A DNA stretch of 64,000 nt. Source: Octopus vulgaris. Taxonomy: Eukaryota. Positions 56,821 to 64,000 of this stretch are shown here, one piece after another (position 1 is the first letter of the stretch; every line of letters starts with the position of its first letter). Made by a program: the position numbers and the translations under genes. The notes under the pieces were generated by a model that made no database searches, had not been told where the DNA came from, and was given only the letters and a program-made list of their open reading frames with translations. The stretch is from contig OX597817.1 of assembly GCA_951406725.2 (NCBI GenBank), forward strand, positions 91,016,001-91,080,000, given 5' to 3'.

Positions 56821-57283
56821 GGGAGACAATGGAGTTGGGCATAAAATAATCTATTCTGGCTTTTTTTTTATTTCATGTCCTAATACATCTCCTGCTATGG
56901 CTGTGAAGTCCTATTCTGGACAAACACTCCCTCTGGCAGGTGCCGCAAATGTAGCAAAGACTTTGCTTGGATGGTTGTAATGTCATAGTTTCTTGTTGAT
57001 GTCTTTTCTTGTTTTTCCATTTCTCCTCTCTCCCTCTGTCACTCCTTTGTGTTCCCTCTTTTACGGTATGCTACCTATCTCCACGGTTGCTGGCAACTGC
57101 TTCCCAGTTGCTAATATTGATGTTGCAGGCCTTCATGTCCCTTTTGCAAATATCTGTATATTATCTATAATCAACACATACACACACACATGCAATTTCC
57201 CACATGTGTATACTCACACATGTATATATACATATACAAAATATCATTATCGTCATCAACCTTTGGTGTTCATTTTCCATGCT

Positions 57284-57331
<48 letters not shown>

Positions 57332-57477
57332 AATATAAGAGAGCGACCACTATGTGGTCTACTCTAGCACTAAAAATAGATCCATTGGGCTTCAGCCACA
57401 TAAAAAATATCTCCGATGAATATTAGCACAGCTACTGGCACAGACAGGGCAAATAAACATAACAAAAATTCAAATTA

Positions 57478-57568
57478 GTTCGGGACAATTGTTTCGCTAT
57501 TAATAAATTAATAAATTATGTAATTTTACTCACATAATATACCTTTATTTGTAGCTCCTCAGCCGAAC
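57478..57568 (-). ncRNA. Type-I hammerhead ribozyme, canonical core
   Basis: Minus strand GTTCGG-CTGAGGA-GCTA...TAGC-GAAAC-AATT-GTC-CCGAAC: 6-bp stem I, closed stem II, GUC site, palindrome ACAATTGT. Confidence 0.8.
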
Positions 57569-57589
57569 CCATTCAGAATATTTGCCCTG

Positions 57590-60284
57590 TCTGAATGGGC
57601 AGGGGCTATGCGGAACTGATGCAGGAAGCAGCCCGGGTCTTTGCAGTCACAGCATATCTCCAGAGATCTCGGTCCTTCGCCATTGCCTCAGTGAGGCCCA
57701 ACGCTCTGAGGTCATGCTTGACTACCTCATCCCATGTCTTCCTGGGTCTACCTCTCCCCCTGATACCTTCAACTGTTTGGGAGTGGCACTTCTTCACACA
57801 TCTCTCCTCATCCATCCGCAGCACATGACCATACCATCGCAAGCGTCACTCTTGCACACCACATCTGATGCTTCTTATATCCAGCATTTCTCTCAGGGTG
57901 CTTACACTCTGTCGTGCGTGCACACTGACATTACACATCCAGCGGATCATGCTAGCTTCATTTCTTTCAAGTCTACGCATGTCCTCTGCAGTCACAGCCC
58001 ATGTCCCTTTTGCAAATATCTGTATATTATCTATAATCACTACCGTGAAGCATGGCAGTTCGCACACATGCATCATACAATCTACCTTTCGCTCTGAGGG
58101 AGAGACCCTTTGTCGCCAGTAGGGGTAGGAGCTTTCTGAACTTTGCCCAGGCTATTCGTATTCTAGTGGTGATACTCTCTGTGCATCCACCTCCACTACT
58201 AACTTGGTCACCCAGGTAGCGGAAACTATCAACTACTTCTAGTTTCTCTCCCTGGAGTGTGATGGAATCTGTTTTCTGAGTGTCTGTGGTGTCTATTGTC
58301 CCTGTGCATCTGCTGCACATGAAAGCTATCTTATCTGTTAATTTCCCTTTAATGTTGCTGCACCTCTTGTGCGTCCATAGCTTACATTGGGTGCATCTTA
58401 TGGAGTTTCTACCTACACCTTTCCTACAGATCGAGCAGGGCCACCTGCCCGAGGGGTGTGTGCTGAGTTCGCCTTTCTGCTTACTATAACTTTGGTCTTT
58501 GCTACATTTACTCTAAGGCCCTTTGATTCTAACCCTTGCTTCCACACCCGGAATTTCTTTTCTAGTTCCGGTAGTGATTCTTCTATGAGAGCCAGGTCAT
58601 CAGCATAGAGGAACTCCCAGGGGCATCCTGTTTTGAATTCCTCTGTTATTGCCTGGAGGACTATGATGAATAAAAGGGGACTGAGGTCTGAGCCTTGGTG
58701 CACACCTACTTCTTCCCGGAATTCTTCACTATATTCGTTGCCAATCCTAACCTTGCTGACAGCCTCTCTGTATAGAGCCTGTACAGCCCTTATTAGCCAT
58801 TCGTCAATCTCCAGTTTCCGCATCGACCACCAGATAAGGGAACGGGGAACCCTGTCAAAGGCTTTCTCCAAGTCCACAAAAGCTATGTAGAGGAGTTTAT
58901 CTTTAGCTAGGTACTTCTCCTGCAGTTGTCGGACCAGGAATATAGCATCAGTGGTGCTTCTACCCGGCACAAAACCGAACTGCATTTCATCTAAGCAAAT
59001 TCTCTCCCTAATGAGATGGGTTATGACCCTCTCTGTGACCTTCATCACCTGATCCAACAGTTTGATACCCCTGTAGTTATTTCTATCTAGAGCATCACCC
59101 TTACCCTTGTAGCAGTTGACTATGGTGCTGCTACGCCAGTCATTGGGTATGACTCCATTATGAACTACCTGGTTTACAATGCGGGTGACTAGGCCATAGC
59201 CCACATAGCCAGGTGTTTTAAGCATCTCAGCAGTGATTCCTGATGGGCCGGGGGCTTTACCTGGTTTCATATCCTTAATTGCCTTATCTACAAGGGAGCT
59301 GTCTATTCGGGTAGCTGGTCTCTCTACTGGGTCAACATTTGGTAGGCTCTCCTCCTCCCATTCATTCTCCTCATTCAGCAGTCTTTCATAATGGCTTCTC
59401 CAAGCCTCTTTCTTTTCACTAACAGTAAAAGCAAGTGCCCCATCATCCATGCGGACACATTTCTCTCCTGTAACATCACTATTTTCTCTGACACACTGTC
59501 TGGCAATCCGAAATACCTCAGCTCTTTGGTCCTCACGTCGCTGGACATTGGCAAACTTCTTCTTTTCTGCTACATCTTTGGCTATGTATACCTGCCGCCC
59601 AGCCTCCCTTTTGGCTACCTGGTACAGTTCCCTGCTGCCCCCATCCCTCCAGGCTTTCCAGGCCCGTCTCTTTGCACTAATGGCTTTGTCTACTGCACTA
59701 TTCCACCACCACGTAACTCTAGGTCTGGAAGGGACTTTGCACCATCCACAGACTCGGTCTGTGGCACTCAGCAAGCTGTCCCGTAGGAATTCCCAGCTAC
59801 CTTCTATGTCTGACGTCTGAAGCTCCTCCTCCCTCTCATCAAATTTCTTGATGAGTATGTCCCTAAATCTCTGACCATGTGAAGGGTTCTTTAGCTTCCA
59901 AATCCTTCTTTTCTGGATTGGTTTGTTTCTTGGAGTCTTTCTGGCCTCAAGCTTAAAGTCACTGATGATTAGTCTATGCTGAGGGATACATTCTTCACCC
60001 GGGAGGGTCTTTGTATTCAAGAGCGACCCTGCATCCCGCTGTCTGGTGAGGATGAAGTCTATTTGGCTAGCGGAGTCTCCTGACTGATAGGTTATAAGGT
60101 GGCAGTCAGGCTTCTTGAAGTTAGTGTTGCAGATTAAAAGGTTACATGCATCACAGAAATCCAGTAGTCTAGTTCCCTTATCAATTCTGGTGCCAATACC
60201 ATGGCTACCGTGTACCCCAGTGAAGATACCCGATTCCCGCCCAACATGCCCATTAAAATCTCCACCCACAAAGATGAGGTCCTT
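57590..60284 (-). mobile_element. Young RTE LINE of a second subfamily, truncated at both ends
   Basis: Over 600 open codons (58413-60284): GDFNGHVG, QIDFIL, KAPGPSGI, YRGIKLL, DLEKAFDRVP, YADD; frameshifts downstream. Confidence 0.93.
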
Positions 60285-60399
60285 GCTTATATTTATATAT
60301 AAAATGAATGAAAATCCGGGTTTTATATGCACTAAGCCACTAGGTGTTAAATGGATGTACTATTAAATTAGTATAAAAATTTCTCACCCTTATTGGTTG

Positions 60400-60532
<133 letters not shown>

Positions 60533-60554
60533 ATTATATTATATTATATATATA

Positions 60555-60938
60555 TCTCTTTTACTTTTTTACTTGTTTCAGTCATTTGACTGTGGCCTTT
60601 AGTTGAGTAAATCGATCCCGGGACTTATTCTTTGTAAGCCCAGTACTTATTCTATCAGTCTCTTTTGCTAAACCGCTAAGTGACGGGGACGTAAACACAC
60701 CAGCATCGGTTGTCAAGCAATGCTAGGGGGACAAACACAGACACACAAACACATACACACACATATATATATATACATATATACGACAGGCTTCTTTCAG
60801 TTTCCATCTACCAAATCCACTTACAAGGCAATGATCGGCCCGGGGCTATAGCAGAAGACACTTGCCCAAGATGCCATGCAGTGGGACTGAACCTGGAGCC
60901 ATGTGGTTGGTTAGCAAGCTACTTACCACACAGCCACT

Positions 60939-60940
<2 letters not shown>
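60555..60940 (-). mobile_element. Family-A SINE, young copy
   Basis: Near-identical to the reverse complement of 62473-62890, with a small deletion near the tail. Confidence 0.9.
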
Positions 60941-60998
<58 letters not shown>

Positions 60999-61264
60999 CT
61001 TTTAAAAATGGTGACTCTTGAAGTAAATAAGGCTATAAGTAAAAGTATGTAAACACTGAGTTAAAAACCATTTAGATAGAAACAGTTGATTTTTCTATAT
61101 AAAAGGTTTTTGCATATTATTAATTATAACTTTATTTGCTTTAAGACTCATCATTCCTAAAAAACAATCTATTTCACATTCTTGAAGTTTCTAAATTTTT
61201 GTGATGTTAATATATATATATATATCGTTCTTGTATGTGGTTTGTAGGATTCTTTATGTGAATT

Positions 61265-61490
61265 CATGCGTTGAAGCATATTTTATTGTGTGTGGGGAAG
61301 TCATCTTCTTTTAGGGCCTTATTAATTTAATACTCACCAGTCTTATTTCCACTCATTTACTTACATTTTACAAAAATTTTCGTTGTGACTTGTAACCCTT
61401 TCAATAGTCATTGAGTGGAAATTAGACTGGTGAGTGTGTTAAATCAATAAGGCACTAAAAGAGAATGACTCTCCCCCAACACAATAATAC
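61265..61490. repeat. Dispersed repeat with an inverted partial copy (related copies near 36220-36420 and 55795-55935)
   Basis: 61284-61355 is inverted at 61412-61487; shared GGGGAGAGTCATTCTCTTTTAGTGC-like motif. Confidence 0.6.
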
Positions 61491-61504
61491 ACACACACAC
61501 ACAT

Positions 61505-61710
61505 GTTAAAAGGCATATATTCCAGTGACATGTGAAAGGTATCCACTATACTCTATGGAATGGTTGGCATTAGAAAGGACATGTAGTCATAGAAAGCAAG
61601 CTAAAGCAGACTGGAGTCTGATGTATCTCTTCAGCTTACCAGTTGCAGTGAAACTCTCTAACCCATGCCAGCATGGAAAAGGAACGCCAAAGGTTGATGA
61701 CGATGATGAT
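61505..61710 (+). mobile_element. RTE tail fragment
   Basis: GGTTGGCATTAGAAAGG...CCATGCCAGCATGGAAAAGG...GATGACGATGATG. Confidence 0.65.
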
Positions 61711-62353
61711 ATTTTGCATATGTATATATACATGTGTGAGTGTACATGTTTGGGGAATTGTATGTGTGTGTGTGTGTTGATTATTGATAAATATTTAATT
61801 ATACTAAGGAAGTGAACAAATTACATTTGTTGGTATTAAAATAAATAGCTATTAAATTGTCGTAGACATTAATCATGTTTCACAGGGGAAGTTCTCATCA
61901 GGATAGAGGAGGAGATGAATAGGATGAATAACACATGCACACATACATGCACACACATGCACACACACATGCACACACACAGATATTTATATATGTGTGT
62001 GTGTGTGTGTGTGTATATATATGTACTTAAACACATATATACACATACACATATACATATACACTTATATATATAAGTATATATATATATTTGCCAACTA
62101 AATGTGGTGGTCCCATAGAGGACAATGCTACTGTTGTTACTGTTGTTTTTAGCCCCAGGAGAACATCTCCTCCAGCTGGCTGATGACACACTGTCTGTGT
62201 CTGATTAGGAAATCATTGTTCCCATCTGTAGCTGTACGTGATGCATACAGACCCAGGTTTCTGAGTAGTAACCCATCATCAGTATGTGATATATTTCACG
62301 ATTCCGTGCTGTTACTGTTTACCTTTCATTCAGAGATTTAATATTGCTTATAC

Positions 62354-62411
<58 letters not shown>

Positions 62412-62427
62412 ATATATAAATACATAC

Positions 62428-62472
<45 letters not shown>

Positions 62473-62474
<2 letters not shown>

Positions 62475-62890
62475 CGCAGGAGTGGCTGTGTGGTAAGTAG
62501 CTTGCTAACCAACCACATGGTTCCAGGTTCAGTCCCACTGCGTGGCATCTTGGGCAAGTGTCTTCTGCTATAGCCCCGGGCTGACCAAAGCCTTGTGAGT
62601 GGATTTGGCAGACGGAAACTGAAAGAAGCCTGTCGTATATATGTATATATATATATGTGTGTGTGTATGTGTTTGTGTGTCTGTCTTTGTCCCCCTAGCA
62701 TTGCTTGACAACCGATGCTGGTGTGTTTACGTCCCCGTCACTTAGCGGTTCGGCAAAAGAGACCGATAGAATAAGTAGTGGGCTTACAAAGAATAAGTCC
62801 CGGGGTCGATTTGCTCGACTAAAGGCGGTGCTCCGGCATGGCCGCAGTCAAATGACTGAAACAAGTAAAAGAGTAAAAGAGAGTAAAGAG
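62473..62890 (+). mobile_element. Family-A SINE, intact
   Basis: A and B boxes, internal microsatellite, 3' hairpin CAGTCA-AA-TGACTG, AAAGAGT tail. Confidence 0.9.
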
Positions 62891-63004
62891 TATATATATA
62901 TATATATATATATATATCATCATCATCATCAGCATCATCATTTAACATCTATTTTCCATTGCTAGCATGGGTTGGACGGTTCGACTGGGGTCTGTGTGTG
63001 TATG

Positions 63005-63046
<42 letters not shown>

Positions 63047-63328
63047 CAACAATTGAGGGTAAAATTAATTAATTATTAATCAATTTCACCAAGTATTCAG
63101 TATGTAAAGGGACCATTTAAGGCGAATTCAAATTATTACATTATATAAAAGGGCTTAGTAAAATAAATTACTTTGCCACATACTGAACTCATTAGAAATA
63201 GTAGCTAAAAAACTTTTTTAAAACTATTTCTAATACTTAAAGAAAATCTCTCTCATATAGTGTTTGCACAATTCAACTCACGAAAGTATGGGGGTAAAGA
63301 CATTAAAAAATCAAATGCAAAGGTTATT

Positions 63329-63380
63329 TGAGAACGTACGTTTCAAGATTAGTCAACTCGACATTTCTATCATCAGCTCA
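63329..63380 (-). ncRNA. Minimal type-I hammerhead ribozyme, copy 1
   Basis: Minus strand TGAG-CTGATGA-(TAGAAATGTCGAGTTGACTAATCTT)-GAAAC-GTAC-GTT-CTCA; palindrome AACGTACGTT. Confidence 0.72.
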
Positions 63381-63887
63381 GAACTCCTTGGTTTGGATTT
63401 GAAAACACTGAAAGTGGGAGCATACGCTTTCGGCTTCTTATCGCTTCTGAAGATCTGCTCGAAACTAACAGTGCCAGCAAACCCAAAATATGCAAGCGAA
63501 GAATTTCTGCTCTCCCCTTTCCACCAGCGTGGGTTAAAATCAGTAAACACTATGCTTTTTCGGTAAAATCCGAAGCATTAAATAGAGAGAGATGAATTAT
63601 AATTTCAACAATTGAGGGTAAAATTAATTAATTATTAATCAATTTCACCAAGTATTCAGTATGTAAAGGGACCATTTAAGGCGAATTCAAATTATTACAT
63701 TATATAAAAGGGCTTAGTAAAATAAATTACTTTGCCACATACTGAACTCATTAGAAATAGTAGCTAAAAAAACTTTTTAAAACTATTTCTAATACTTAAA
63801 GAAAATCTCTCTCATATAGTGTTTGCACAATTCAACTCACGAAAGTATGGGGGTAAAGACATTAAAAAATCAAATGCAAAGGTTATT

Positions 63888-63939
63888 TGAGAACGTACGT
63901 TTCAAGATTAGTCAACTCGACATTTCTATCATCAGCTCA
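63888..63939 (-). ncRNA. Minimal type-I hammerhead ribozyme, copy 2
   Basis: Identical to copy 1, 559 bp away. Confidence 0.72.
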
Positions 63940-64000
63940 GAACTCCTTGGTTTGGATTTGAAAACACTGAAAGTGGGAGCATACCCTTTCGGCTTCTTAT

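Larger units (their letters stand above)
63041..64000 (-). repeat. 559-bp tandem repeat (1.7 units visible) adjacent to (TA)n, each unit with a hammerhead
   Basis: 63041-63599 repeats from 63600; only one mismatch noticed (63426 G vs 63985 C). Confidence 0.92.

Noticed and set aside
58413-60332. 639-aa ORF as a host or domesticated gene
   Set aside because: Plain RTE endonuclease/RT, truncated at the 5' end and frameshifted downstream; the first ~16 residues come from flanking DNA.
63447-63478. Plus-strand CTGAAGA-TCTGCTC-GAAAC-TAACA-GTG, a possible opposite-polarity hammerhead in the tandem unit
   Set aside because: Stem II cannot form, the triplet is GUG and loop III is not palindromic; likely chance.
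63264-63566. 100-aa (+) and 65-aa (-) ORFs within the tandem unit
   Set aside because: No recognisable motifs; short ORFs with alternative starts are expected by chance.

Overview
Eukaryotic, AT-rich, very repeat-dense window with no supportable host protein-coding gene. The repeat families (tRNA-headed SINEs with an internal microsatellite, abundant RTE LINEs with (ATG)n tails, R4/Dong, CR1, Tx1, Helitron, Tc1/mariner, Penelope-like elements) suggest an octopus or other coleoid cephalopod intron or intergenic region; this is inference. Most ORF-track entries are microsatellite artefacts. Main observations: (1) several minimal type-I hammerhead ribozyme motifs, each with a different palindromic loop III, including one per unit of a near-perfect 559-bp tandem repeat at the window end (retrozyme or Penelope pLTR-like); (2) a 1.57-kb RT-less, ORF1-like insertion with a perfect 15-bp TSD (a candidate 'half-LINE'); (3) a SINE/LINE pair sharing a 3' end with a covarying hairpin; (4) a likely gene-conversion tract between inverted RTE copies; (5) a 40-bp templated insertion and a local inverted duplication around the youngest RTE. 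Boundaries of degraded repeats are approximate and were read by eye.
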